DNA of 64,000 nt from NCBI RefSeq assembly GCF_006345805.1, contig NC_043006.1:48174001-48238000 (forward strand), given 5' to 3'. This DNA comes from Octopus sinensis. Taxonomy: Eukaryota. The notes below the pieces were generated by a model. That model ran no database searches, was not told the DNA's origin, and saw nothing but the letters and a program-made list of their open reading frames with translations. Of this stretch, positions 24,891 to 37,058 are shown in pieces. A program made the position numbers and the translations under genes. The first letter of the stretch is position 1, and each line of letters begins with the position of its first letter.

Positions 24891-26039
24891 TATTTAGTCT
24901 ATCGGTCACGTTGGTCATACCGCTAAGTTATGAGGAACTTAAGCAAATAAACACCGGTTAGTGGGATCAAAGCATGACACAAAGTTTATAATCATTTGGC
25001 TATGATGGGCCGTAAGTTTTAACTTTCAGTATCTAACAGAGAAGCATCTCGAAACAAATCAAATGTTGCTTCTTAGGAACAAAACTAACCTCCGCAGGTA
25101 ATCGGATCCAGAGTTCTTGCTACTTACCCCAGATCGTTCGTAAATATTTCGCTACCTTCTTCAGAAGAAGTGTACGGGATTTGTAAACCCTGTACGTGGT
25201 AATGCATGTTACTGGAGTACCTGCCAATTGGCCCCCGAAGTACATCGTTATATATTAGTCGGGTGTGAATTAAAAGAAAACACAAGGCAACTGCTTTTAC
25301 AAAACTGAGTTTCATATACAGAGAAAATATAGCGAATAAGAGTAAATACCAAATGAAATACATGCAATTATGTATAATTAGTCACACACAACATCCACAC
25401 ATTCATACACTCAAGCACGCTTTTATGTACATACAGATATTCAGTCAAGTTAATAAAATTTGTTATGACTTAAGATAGTAGTTGTATGTTCGTCTACAGA
25501 CACCTTCACTAAAAATCCTTTCTACTAAAAGCACAAGGCTTAAAATTTGGGGTCGGGGGAATTAGTCGATCACATCGACTCGCGTTGTTTCACTGGTACT
25601 TAATTTATTGACCCCAAAAGGGAAAATCGAATCTAGTGGAATTCGAACTCAGAACGTCAGGGCGGGCGAAATACATCTAAGCGTTTCGTCAGCGCGCTAG
25701 CGATTCTGCCAGCACACCTTCTTATATAACTAATAAAAACTATGGCATATACATATGGCATATACATATGGCATAGAGAGAATGAAATACAGATAGATAG
25801 TGAAAGAGGGACAAAGAAGATATAAAGTTCCTTCATGCTCTCTAATTATTTTTCACTTTTCCATTGTTCTCTTTATTTGAAGTATGGTATTTTGTCAAAG
25901 AAATATTTACGAGAAAAAAAATTAATTAAAAAAATTTACTTTGAACAAATTTTTGATCCAGCAGAGTTTGAAATTTTCTCTTCAACAAGTAAAAACTAAA
26001 ATGAACAAATTAAATTATTCCATACACAATAGACAAAAG

Positions 26040-27525
26040 AAATTTAAGAAAAAATAATTAAAATCTTTTTTGATGTCCACAATCAGACAATGAGGCATTT
26101 GTTTGAATAATGTATGTATTTATATTTTGTCTTCCTGACTGAGAGTTTCTATTTTTATTTTGACCGACCTCCTGCTCGGTGACAAGGATGTAAAGAAAAG
26201 ATACTTTTTTCGTAATTCTTTGCACAATTATTCATCTTGTAAATTTTAAGACGGTGGTGTAGATTTTCATTATCTCAGCTATCATAATAATCTATACTGC
26301 ACGTATTATAAAGCTACATTCTCTTTAAATATCCAAGTTTAGATGTACTTTGATCCAGGTGGTTTACTACATTTTCAGTCTGTTCCATGATAAATAACAT
26401 TTTGGTAACTCTTTTTGCAGTCTCTTCATCAATAGTACGTACAATGTTTTCTTTCATCTGTTTTTCTTACCTCATTAATGTTAAGTGTGTCGCTCACAAC
26501 TGCAACAGAGCATTATTTTATGCTTCAAACACCACTATCAGCATTAAGTTTTAATTTGATTACAGTTTTTATTGTTAGGTTCCACCTATATTCTTTTGGT
26601 CTGATTGTCTCAATATCTTCGTCTACGTTTTTTTTTTCTATTCTCATTTACTCAGATACCACAACATGCTTAATGAGGATACAGTAGCGAGCTGGCAGAA
26701 ACGTTAGCACGCCGGGCGAAATGCTTAGCGGTATTTCGTCTGCGTTACGTTGTGAGTTCAAATTCCGCCGAGGTCGACTTTGCCTTTCATCCTTTCGGGG
26801 TCGATAAATTAAGTACCAGTTACGCACTGGGGTCGATGTAATCGACTTAATACCTATGTCTGTCCTTGTTTGTCCTCTCTGTGCTTAGCCCCTTGTGGGT
26901 AATAAAGAAATAGGCATTTCGTCTGCTGCTACGTTGTGAGTTCAAATTCCGCCGAGGTCGACTTTGCCTTTCATCCTTTCGGGGTCGATTAAATAAGTAC
27001 CAGTTAGGCACTGGGGTCGATATAATCGACTTAATACCTATGTCTGTCCTTGTTTGTCCCCTCTATGTTTAGCCCTTGTGGGTAATAAATAAATAAGTAT
27101 ATATAGGACAATTTCTCATATTTGCAACAATGTGGCTAACATCTTGGTTTTGCTTGACCAACATCTTCTGTCAGTCTTCTTTTTGTGTGGAACATACTTA
27201 ACGAGAATTTCTTGTTTTTACATTTTATAGCGGTATCATTCAAGCTAAAATGTTATGAACATGTCGTTGCCACGTTTCAGGACCTAAGTATCCACGCACA
27301 AATTTCTCAGGAGCCTGGATCATATTTTCCTTTTATTTTCTGCTATCGTTAAACAAAACATTCCAGGTTTCATTGAATAGAGGTCAGTATCAGCATTTAT
27401 ATGTCTCTTCTCAAGTTCACTTGCTTTCCGTTCATCACACATCGTAATTACGAGCACCATTGTGGGTAACGTTTTTCCCTCATCACATATTTTGCTTTAA
27501 TTTACAATTTAGGTTTCGTATGATA
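26040..27525 (-). pseudogene. Old, heavily decayed piggyBac-like transposase relic, interrupted by SINE B
   Basis: Ordered minus-strand remnants GKNVT, YSMKPGMFCL, ILVKYVPHKKK, LPNVIY, VVNHLDQ, KKVSFLYILVTE resemble piggyBac DDD-transposase motifs. Recognised by eye only. Confidence 0.4.
26684..27096 (+). mobile_element. SINE family B tandem dimer
   Basis: Full unit gcgagctggcagaa...ggtaataaagaaatag followed by a second unit restarting at gcatttcgtctg. Confidence 0.92.
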
Positions 27526-27529
27526 TTAA

Positions 27530-28363
27530 CCCCTTAATGGATCAATTATTTTGACATGGCGTTTCATTTCAGAGCATATTTTTTTATTTCCTTTTTTAAT
27601 AATATACACTGTGTTAATTACAAAATAAGTTTTTTTTATCGTTTCCCTTATTTTTTATTATATAAATTAAAATGTTCTTTTACTCATTTGAATTTAAACG
27701 AGTTAACTCGGACATTGAAAAAATATATATAACTTAACTATCTTCGATGTATTGCTTTTAAATCAAAGGAAAACTTTTAAAAGATGAGATAGTTTATTTA
27801 GAATTATAATTTTTAAAACAAGGAGTTACACACAAAGTTATCTTGCAGACATCGCACATGTATCTGCTTTCTCTTCGAATCTTCTTTCCTTTAACGTCTC
27901 TCTTCTCTGTGCATTTTGCACACTGTCTTGTAGGGTTCTTTTTCTTATCACTTGGTGGTATTTCCATGGGAAAGTTACCAGCTGGGGCAAATCTTATTAG
28001 ATGTGGGATCGATGATGGTCTTCCTGGTTTCGTGGGAGTCAATAAGGGCCTATATTTTTCAATTATCTTGGTGATTATTTGTATTCTAAATTTCATCGGT
28101 TTCATAACAGTAGCTGAAGTTTCCAAAGATGCTTTATACAAAACAGAAACATTCCAGATAGCCAAATGCATCAAATGAAAAATACTTTCTTTTTTTTAAA
28201 CATCGCGAGTAAATTCGTGATTGCTCAAAAATGAAACGACGCAAAACAAATAAACTCGTTTGAGTGCTAAAATTAAAAATTAATTTTGACGGTGTATACA
28301 CGTCTGGTTCTAAAAAGATACATTTGCGATGCACGAGTAAACTCGGGATAATCCATTAAGGAA
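27530..28363 (-). mobile_element. Internally deleted (non-autonomous) piggyBac transposon, 834 bp
   Basis: TTAA duplications at 27526-27529 and 28364-28367. TIRs ccccttaatggat / atccattaaggaa (11 of 13 match). ORF 27794-28174 encodes the C-terminal Cys-rich domain. Paralogous empty site at 24724. Confidence 0.92.
27794..28174 (-). pseudogene. piggyBac transposase C-terminal fragment with Cys-rich domain
   Basis: PTRQCAKC...RRESRYMCDVCKITLCVTPCFKNY; the catalytic domain is absent. Confidence 0.88.
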
Positions 28364-28934
28364 TTAATTCAGATTTAAAGCTATATTTGCCATCACTGCG
28401 TAGAAAATATAACCTGCCTATCTTTTATATTGTACTTGTCTCAGTAAGCTGGGCTGTGGCCATGCTGGGGCATCGCCGTGAAGCTTTTAGTCGACAAATC
28501 GACTCCTCCAGTTCTTGGTTCTTTTTATATCTGGTGAAACATTTGCTTACGGATCGCTTAAGCTGTGCACACTTTTTTTTTTTTTTACTTTACTGTTTTT
28601 CTGAAAATTTCTTATGACATTTTGTAATCGGAAGGTTCTTGTGACATAAGTATTTTCTGTCCAGTTTTTGTTATAAATAAACTAAAGAATCTCATTACTT
28701 CCAAAAAGAGAGATTATCGCCATTTCTTTTGCTACTAACATTGGTCTTCAGATTGTTTGCTGTATTGAGTAAGTTTGCAAATACCTAATAAATCGAAATC
28801 CGTTTAAGAATGGTGCAACATCATTGAAGACCACTTGAGACAATAGTTCAGATTCTAAATCAGTTCCACATGTTTCACAGAAGTTTTGAACAAGTTGCTT
28901 TGCAAACAACTTAACTCGAGGAGCGGCTTCTTAT

Positions 28935-29368
28935 ATTGTATGTATGTATGTATGTATGTATGTATGTACGAATGTTTGTGCATATCTGTATGCCTATATG
29001 TGTATGTATTGATGTGTACATGTATATATAACTATATATATACACACGTATGTGCCAGCACATATACAAATGCATACATGAATACATTTATACAGCCACA
29101 TCTACAAACATGTACTTACAAGGAATCATACACATACACGAGTATACATCTCTATCTATCTACCTATTTATCAATATATCAATATCTATCTATCTATATA
29201 TGTAAATATATATATATACATATATATATATACACATACATATATATATATACATACATATATATATATACATATATATATGTATATATATACATATATA
29301 TATAAGTATATATATATGTATATATATACATATACATATATATATATATACACATACATATATATATA

Positions 29369-29415
<47 letters not shown>

Positions 29416-29416
29416 C

Positions 29417-29458
<42 letters not shown>

Positions 29459-29490
29459 CTACCTATCTATCAATATATATATATATATAA
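28935..29490. repeat. (TATG)n/(TA)n/(TG)n low-complexity block
   Basis: Read directly from the sequence. Confidence 0.9.
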
Positions 29491-30504
29491 AGCACGTGGT
29501 GTACAGAAGCATTTGTAATATCTTGATTATATTTATACACACTGGATAGATACTCAATTAAATAAGGATAACTCAAATTGTCACCACTAATAGAACTAAG
29601 CTCATACAGACATATGCACATACGCACACGCACACACACACACACATACACACACACACACTCAAATACTTGTATGTATAGATACAAGTGCAAATGTGTA
29701 CACAGAGCTATTGTATTTAATCAAACAGAGTTATATAAAGGAAACTATTTGCGTACACTTCTTACGGACGAGTATTTACTACGCTGAAACAAATTCGCAC
29801 CTTATACACACACACACACATTTCCACTCCACACACACACTCATATGGGTGCACACAGATACACACATGAAAACACATAGGCATACGCTTAATCATATAT
29901 AGTGATACCACACAAACAAGCAGTCACATAGACACAACACACACTCATGCATACACACACAGGTACGCACGCATGCACACTACTCACTCACACCACACAC
30001 ACACACACACACATATATATACATACACGTATTTGTGTGGGAAGAGATTTAACAATCTTTATCTGATTACTTCATCAGCGATTCTAATTAAACAAAATGC
30101 TACCGAAGCCTGGTCAACGGAAAGAGACTTCATTTCCAACTCAGCCTTACCTCCAATCGCCAAACAAACAAAGACAATGAATGCAGTTTAATCTACAGAC
30201 GCCAGCAAGTGTAAGCTTTCACTTGCAGGAAATTCATATCGTATTTCCTTTTGCCTTTCGCTTTTCGTTGATATTTTATTTCGTTGTGATTTTATTAATG
30301 TACTTTCTTTTTTTAAATTGTCGCTTATTAATTATGCAGGCGATAGCAACAACAGTAAACACAATATATATGTACAGGTCCCAAAGGCTCAAGTAATTAG
30401 GGACAGAACAGGTGAAATGCACAAGGAAACGGCAAACAAGTGGGATGAGTTTTAAATTATGAGACATCCACAAATAGTACGCAATTTGCATTGATTACAA
30501 GAGT

Positions 30505-30712
30505 AACTATTTTACTTGTTTCAGTCATTTGACTGCGGCTATGCTGGAGCACCGCCCTTAGTGGAGCAACTCTACTCGATCCTATGACTTATTCTTTGTA
30601 AGCCTAGTACTTATTCTATCAGACTCTTTTGCCGAATCGCTAAGTTACGGGGACGTAAACACACCAGCATCGGTTGTCAAGCGATGTTGTAGGGACAAAC
30701 ACAAACACACAA

Positions 30713-30760
<48 letters not shown>

Positions 30761-30890
30761 GACAGGCTTCTTTCAGTTTCCGTCTACCAAATCCACTCAC
30801 AAGGCTTTGGTCGGCCCGAGGCTCTAGTAGAAGACACTTGCCCAAAGTTCAGCGCAGTGGGAATGAACCCGGAACCATGTGGTTGGTAAG
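30505..30890 (-). mobile_element. SINE family A, 5'-truncated, left arm of a head-to-head pair
   Basis: Reverse complement of family A from gcttaccaaccacatggttcc to the tail. Confidence 0.88.
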
Positions 30891-31315
<425 letters not shown>

Positions 31316-32097
31316 GATCAACAATAAAAATTAAAATATTAACAAATAGATAATCCTTTCTACTATGGGTACAAGATCTTAAATTTTGGGGGAAGAATGC
31401 AGTCGATTACATTGACCCTAATACTCGACTGGTACTTTCTTCATCGCCCCAGAAGGGATTAAAGGTAAAGTCGAGTTGGGCGGAATTTGAACTCAGAGCT
31501 AAATGACAGACGACATGCTGCCTAGCACTTTAGCCGGTGTGCTAACGATTCTGCCAGAATGCATAGAATTAATAATACAGCGCAGGTAAAAGAAATTTAA
31601 TTAAGCTGTCCTTTCTCAGCGCTCAGAATTGCTACCAGGCCATCCTCACCCATATCTCTTTCTCATTTTCAATAGGATGTGTGAGACGGCTTTCCACTGC
31701 TGCATGATCCAGCTAGTAGAAAGCAATAAGCGCCCAGTAACATTCCAGGGGCTAAAGACCCAAAAATATAGGAATACAAATCAGTTGACCAACTGCTCGA
31801 AAGGGCATTTCACAAACGGCGACACACCTGTTTCCAGTATCCATCATCATCATCATTAACATCATCATCATTATCGATGGTATCACCAAGAAAACTTTGT
31901 AGTTATGTCAGTTTGAATGCATGTCGACGTGTCATTAGCCAGGGATTCAGAGACCTCGTTCTCGTAAACTTCAATGGCAGTTAGATCTTCTCAACAGGAG
32001 AATCGTTCTTTCCTGTAAGAAATAAAATTGTTTATTCACCAAATTTCTCAAGCGTTTCCTACGATATAGCTCGAATGTTATAAAGTAAAACATCAAC

Positions 32098-32305
32098 GTT
32101 GTAGGAGTAGCTGTGTGGTAAGTAGCTTGCTTAGCAACCACGTGGTTCCGAGTTCAGTCCCACAGCGTGGCACCTTGGGCAAGTGCCTTCTACTATAGCC
32201 TCGGGTCGACCAAAGCCTTGTGAGTGGATTTGGTAGATGGAAACTGAAAGAAGCCCGTCGTATGCATGTATATGTATATGTATATATGTGTGTGTTTGTA
32301 TATAA

Positions 32306-32353
<48 letters not shown>

Positions 32354-32541
32354 GTATACATATTTCTGTGTCTGTGTTTCCCCCCCAGCATCGCTTGACA
32401 ATCGATACTGGTGTGTTTATGTCCCAATAAGTTAGCGGTTCGGCAAAATAGACCGATAGAATAAGTACTAGGCTTACAAAGAATAAGTCCTGGGGTGGAT
32501 TTGTTCGACTAAAGGCGGTGCTCCAGCATGGCCACAGTCAA
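32098..32541 (+). mobile_element. SINE family A
   Basis: Homology to 6809-7224. Confidence 0.9.
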
Positions 32542-33769
32542 AGCGATATTACTAACCACTTCTGTCCAATCTTCCAAATATTGTTTCCGTTCAATTCGTT
32601 TCTGAACAAGAATTACCACCTTACCCACAATTTCTTCTTACTTCTTATTCCTGTAACATCTGGTCAAAACCAAATTCCAAGTATCTTAATCTGACCATTG
32701 GCCGGGTAACAGAACGTGCCATCACGCGTTAACTTAAATTTACAGGTGCTGAGTTGCAAGCGCCTGTGAATTCAAGATTTTAAAGGGATAAAGGAGGGCA
32801 TACGTCATATACGTTTCACACGATATTTGCTCCCGGGTTGAAATCAAATAATTTCAAGTGGGAATCGAAGTCACATCACGAACTTTCTTATACCTTGACA
32901 GTACCGGAATTAAAACAAAACAATCTTCATCGACGAAAATATTTTGTTCCTTTTCGAAATACATAGAATCATAGACGAACATATATAACAAGTGACGATG
33001 CCCATACATACACAGATAAAACTCTAATACACACAGACATACACACAGGAAAAAAAAAACACATGTACGTTCTGCTAATCGGTCGGATGCGTAGGCGCAT
33101 TCGGACTGACAATCGGCTACTTATTAGTCATATGAACAGACGCAAAAAAATACAGCGTAACGATAAAAATCACAAAGCAACGAATGCAAACATCAAACTT
33201 ATGTAATGTATTGAACATATAATTGAAAATAATTATCATTAATATGTCTATCTATCTAGATAATATGTGATGTAAATCATTGTTGCATAGCTAGTGTTGA
33301 CGCAATTCAAAAATGGCTTGGTTTAGATGTCTCATAAATATTACTATGCACCATTTAATTTAGTCATTTATATATTTTCCCTGCTGAGATATTTCCACCT
33401 ACTAACACCTCTGCCTATGTCAGCGACCGCTGTGACAGTCAATCCGAACGTTTGCAATGCCACAAGCAGTAATTATATATATTTATGGCTTCCTTTATTC
33501 CTTAAGAATCATATTTCTAGCGCCATGCGAGGTAGATCTTTAGTGAAAATTGGCCGAATTGATAAGCTGTTGATTGGACTATTTAGGTGGTCTGCGCCAT
33601 CTTGCCATCACAGTGATGTCAAACTTTACAGTGAATAAACTAAAGTACAACTGGTCACCGTAGGTATCTTTAATACATGGAGTTTAGCAATAGCACCAAT
33701 TAACCGCTTCACATGTTTGTAGTGCTTAAATATAAATGCATTCTTATTATCAATATACTTACGTTTATA

Positions 33770-33900
33770 AGGCAGCGAGTTGACAGAATCGTTAAGCACG
33801 CCGAGTAAAATGCTTAGCGGCATTTCGTTCGTGTTCATGGTCAGAGTTCAAATCCCACCGAGGTCGACTTTGCCTTTCATCCTTTAAGGGTCGATAAAAA
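33770..33900 (+). mobile_element. SINE family B 5' part
   Basis: ggcagcgagttgacagaatcgtt...gagttcaaatcccaccgaggtcgactttgcctttcatcc. Confidence 0.85.
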
Positions 33901-33944
33901 GGTCATAGTTTGAAATCAATATATGTAGGTTTTTGTGTGGAAGG

Positions 33945-34053
33945 GTGCGTTCTAGTGGTTGAAGTATTACATTCATGTTCATAAGATTGTAATTTCGATT
34001 CCTGGACCTGGTAATGTTTTGTGTTATTGAGCAAAACATTTCATTTTATACGT
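33945..34053 (+). mobile_element. SINE family C 5' part, interrupted by family H
   Basis: tagtggtt...ttcgattcctggacc...gtgttattgagcaaaacatttcatttt abuts the family H tail. Confidence 0.7.
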
Positions 34054-34187
34054 TATTTACATTTGACGGGTATTTGTCCTCATCTTCTTTGTTGTTAAAT
34101 ACAAAGTTTCGACTGATATACCCTCCAACCTTCATCGGGTGTCTTGGGGAAATTTCTCATTCCTAAGGTATTTTTTCGATGTTGTTG

Positions 34188-34257
<70 letters not shown>

Positions 34258-34443
34258 CATTCAAGTCACTGCCTGGAATCGAACTCTTAACCACGACGCC
34301 ATATACCCCGAGACGATTGATGAAGGCTGAAGGGTGTATCAGCCGAGACGTTGTGTTAACAACAAACAAGATGAGGACAAATATCCGTCAAATGTAAATA
34401 ATGTAAATAATGTACAACATTCCTCATCTCTTAAATATAGAAG
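34053..34443. mobile_element. SINE family H (minus, 34053-34301) plus inverted 3' copy (plus, 34306-34443), each with a hammerhead-like motif
   Basis: Minus 34101-34143: gacac CCGATGA a GGTTG..CAGTC GAAAC. Plus 34311-34356: TTGATGA a GGCTG..CAGCC GAGAC GTT gtgtt. The tRNA head has an internal deletion. Confidence 0.88.
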
Positions 34444-34751
34444 TGTATTTCATTTCATGTTGCTCATTTTACGAAATTTTATGGATCAAGAAACAAAGGC
34501 AGCCAAAGAAAATAATGAATTGTTGTAGGACACAGCATTAAGAAATATAGGTGGGCCGGACCAAATGGCACCCGAAACCATCATTTGCGGCACCCTGAAA
34601 TAAAATATCCTTTAAAAAGCTAGTAAATTGCCATATTATTTACAACAGATGTGAACCATTTGATTACAAATCGCTTAAATTGTACATACTGTTTCTCTAA
34701 TGTTCTTATGACATTTTGTAATGGGAAGGTTCTTGTGACATTAGTATTTAG

Positions 34752-34920
34752 TTTGGGGTATTGCGTTCATGATCATAAGATTGTAGTTTCGATTCCTGGA
34801 CAGGGCATTGTGTTGTGTAATTGAGCATTTTATTTCACGTTGCTCCAGTCCACTCAGCTGACAAAAACGAGTGATCCTGCCACGGACTGGCGTCCCATCC
34901 AAGAAGGAACATGTACGTCA
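34752..34920 (+). mobile_element. SINE family C
   Basis: ttcgattcctgga...ttatttcacgttgctccagtccactcagctg...ggactggcgtcccatcca. Confidence 0.8.
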
Positions 34921-34929
34921 CAGAATATA

Positions 34930-35062
34930 TACTAGCATAGCAGAATCGTAAGCACGCCGGGCAAAAATGCTTAGCGGTGTTTCGTCCGCCTTTACATTCT
35001 GAGTTCAAATCCTGCCGAGGTCAACTCTGCGTTCCATCATTTCGGAGTCGATAAAAGAAGTA
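34930..35062 (+). mobile_element. SINE family B, target of the RTE insertion
   Basis: gcagaatcgtaagcacgccggg...gagttcaaatcc...ggagtcgataaaagaagta; resumes at about 35612. Confidence 0.82.
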
Positions 35063-35543
35063 TGTATGTAGTTTGTGCGTCGATGCGACGAAGACCATCT
35101 AGTCATCCTGGGGTGGGGTGGGCTTGTTTTGCGAATCTGCAGATGGCTAGTAAGGCCAATCTGCGCCCGAAATAGTATTTGACTGTGAACAGGGAATGGT
35201 AGCACCTGCTACAGGGTTGTTAGCTCTGTTCTTCCTGGCTTGTCTGCGGTCTTCTGCAGCAGCGATCCTATTGGTCTCGCATGTGTTGGCACCCTTGTGG
35301 ACAGCTGATCGCCACCCTTCTCTGTCTAGAGCAGACTGCTCCCAAGTGTCATGGTCGATGTTGAAGGCTTTCAGTGAGGCTTTCAGTGTGTCCTTAAAAC
35401 GCTTCTTCTTGCTGCCTTGTGAACGCTTTCCCCTTTGCAGCTCGCCAAAGAGCAATCTTTTTGGTAATCGATCGTCTGGCATGCGAGCTACGTGCCCTGC
35501 CCAGCGAAGCTGAGATTGCATCAAGATGGTATGGATGCTGGGC
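35063..35543 (-). mobile_element. 5'-truncated RTE/BovB-like LINE with 15-bp TSD
   Basis: SQLRWAGHVARMPDDRLPKRLLFGELQRGKRSQG..KKRFKDTLKASLK...LFRAQIGLTSHL (frameshift near the end); short 3'UTR and (TACA) tail. TSD tcgataaaagaagta at 35048-35062 and 35597-35611. Confidence 0.93.
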
Positions 35544-35831
35544 GTATTAGTACCTCGATTAGTACCTCGATAATAGCAGTACCACGTATTAGTACCTCGA
35601 TAAAAGAAGTACTGGTTGATCGTAAAACTCAATTATCCATTGTCCAAACTAACGGAGAAACCGTTTACTTTATGTTTATGGGTGTATATGAAGATGTATA
35701 TGCGTATATTCCTCTGTGCGCATAAATTCTGACAAAGATAAGGAAGAAATACAATTATCCACTTCTGCCTACCAAAGAAAACAGAAAATAGTATTTCTAA
35801 TAGAAGCAGCTAGTGTATTCAAATACTGTTC

Positions 35832-37058
35832 TATGCCAAGCAGTATATGTGTTAATATCAATGTCCACCATTTTGTCTCATACCATAATCACTGTCGTCT
35901 GCAAAATCCACAAAGGATTTAACGATTTACATTTTAATAACATCAGTGTCAATTGCTGCGTTTCTGCTAAATAAATATGCATGAGTAAATGAAAGAACCA
36001 GAGAGAAAAAAAACTCAGATTTCAAAATACTTAAAGTCATTCTTCTTTATAACAGAAAAAAAAATGTTTTAAATATAATAAAGATACTCGTAAATGCAGA
36101 TAGAGGTCAACTCTGAGGACATGAATCAGTGATGAAATTCTCCGTGGTAATTGGTGTCGCTAAAATGTCAATCTACTAGATGCCAATTAGCTGGCTGCAA
36201 CGCCCACTCTAGCTACCACGTGAAGCATACAATGGCCAGGCGACCTTATCTGATAGATGGACGCCCAAAATATTCCCACCCAGAAACAATTTTAAAATAT
36301 CTTTAAAATTCTCTCCACGCTGAACAATATATCTAATGCAAACGTATATAATGGCTATCCAATCGTGTTCGAAGAAGACAATCACAGGTTAATATAAGCC
36401 TTCAACTTCCTGGACAGTTACAAGTGGATTCCAATTGGTCAGATCTGCATATATCGCCGCCTGTCCGTCGCTTCATGACTGAAAGAAAATATATAATAAA
36501 AAAGAAGGAAAGTTAGCAATGTCCATGCAAACTTTAACCCCAATAAAGCTTATGCAACACACCATAAACCCTCTCTAAACTACAAGCATGATCCAGAGTT
36601 AAGTCTTGGCAATATATTTGGTATTAGTGAAGGTTTAAGTCTCGGAGGTCTAGGAGTATTGTGAGCCACTAATTGGTCAACACTATTTCCTGTACAACGG
36701 ATTTTACATTCATATATATCGTGCTTTAGCGAAAGCTAACAAGTCGCTCTATTCCAGTAAACTTACAGTGCGCTGTGCAGTGAACCCGAAATTTCGAAGC
36801 CATTGCAAAAATATGAAATAGAAGCTGCTTATTTTGATCGGTTTGGGACATACCTTTATGGATAAGAATAACAGGTTGATAATTTTAAGCAGGGGACACA
36901 GTATGAAGACACATAATTATTTCCTATGAATATTTGACATTATTATCCGTGGTTATCGTGTAAATCGTTAAATCCTTTGTGGATTTTGCAGACGACAGTG
37001 ATTATGGTATGAGACAAAATGGTGGACATTGATATTAACACATATACTGCTTAGCATA
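35832..37058. repeat. 100-bp inverted repeat (35832-35931 / 36959-37058) enclosing about 1 kb of unique sequence
   Basis: 1 mismatch in 100 bp; both arms translate to SSICVNINVHHFVSYHNHCRLQNPQRI on opposite strands in the ORF track. Confidence 0.92.

Noticed and set aside
27794-28174. Functional or domesticated piggyBac gene
   Set aside because: Lacks the catalytic domain and lies in an 834-bp deletion derivative with TIRs and TSDs.
28590-28880. hAT transposase remnant, sharing about 40 bp with 34705-34742
   Set aside because: The shared segment is real, but the protein motifs are too weak to assign a family.
36405-36490. Minus-strand coding exon after a ttttctttcag acceptor
   Set aside because: All frames close within about 25 codons and there is no recognisable domain.
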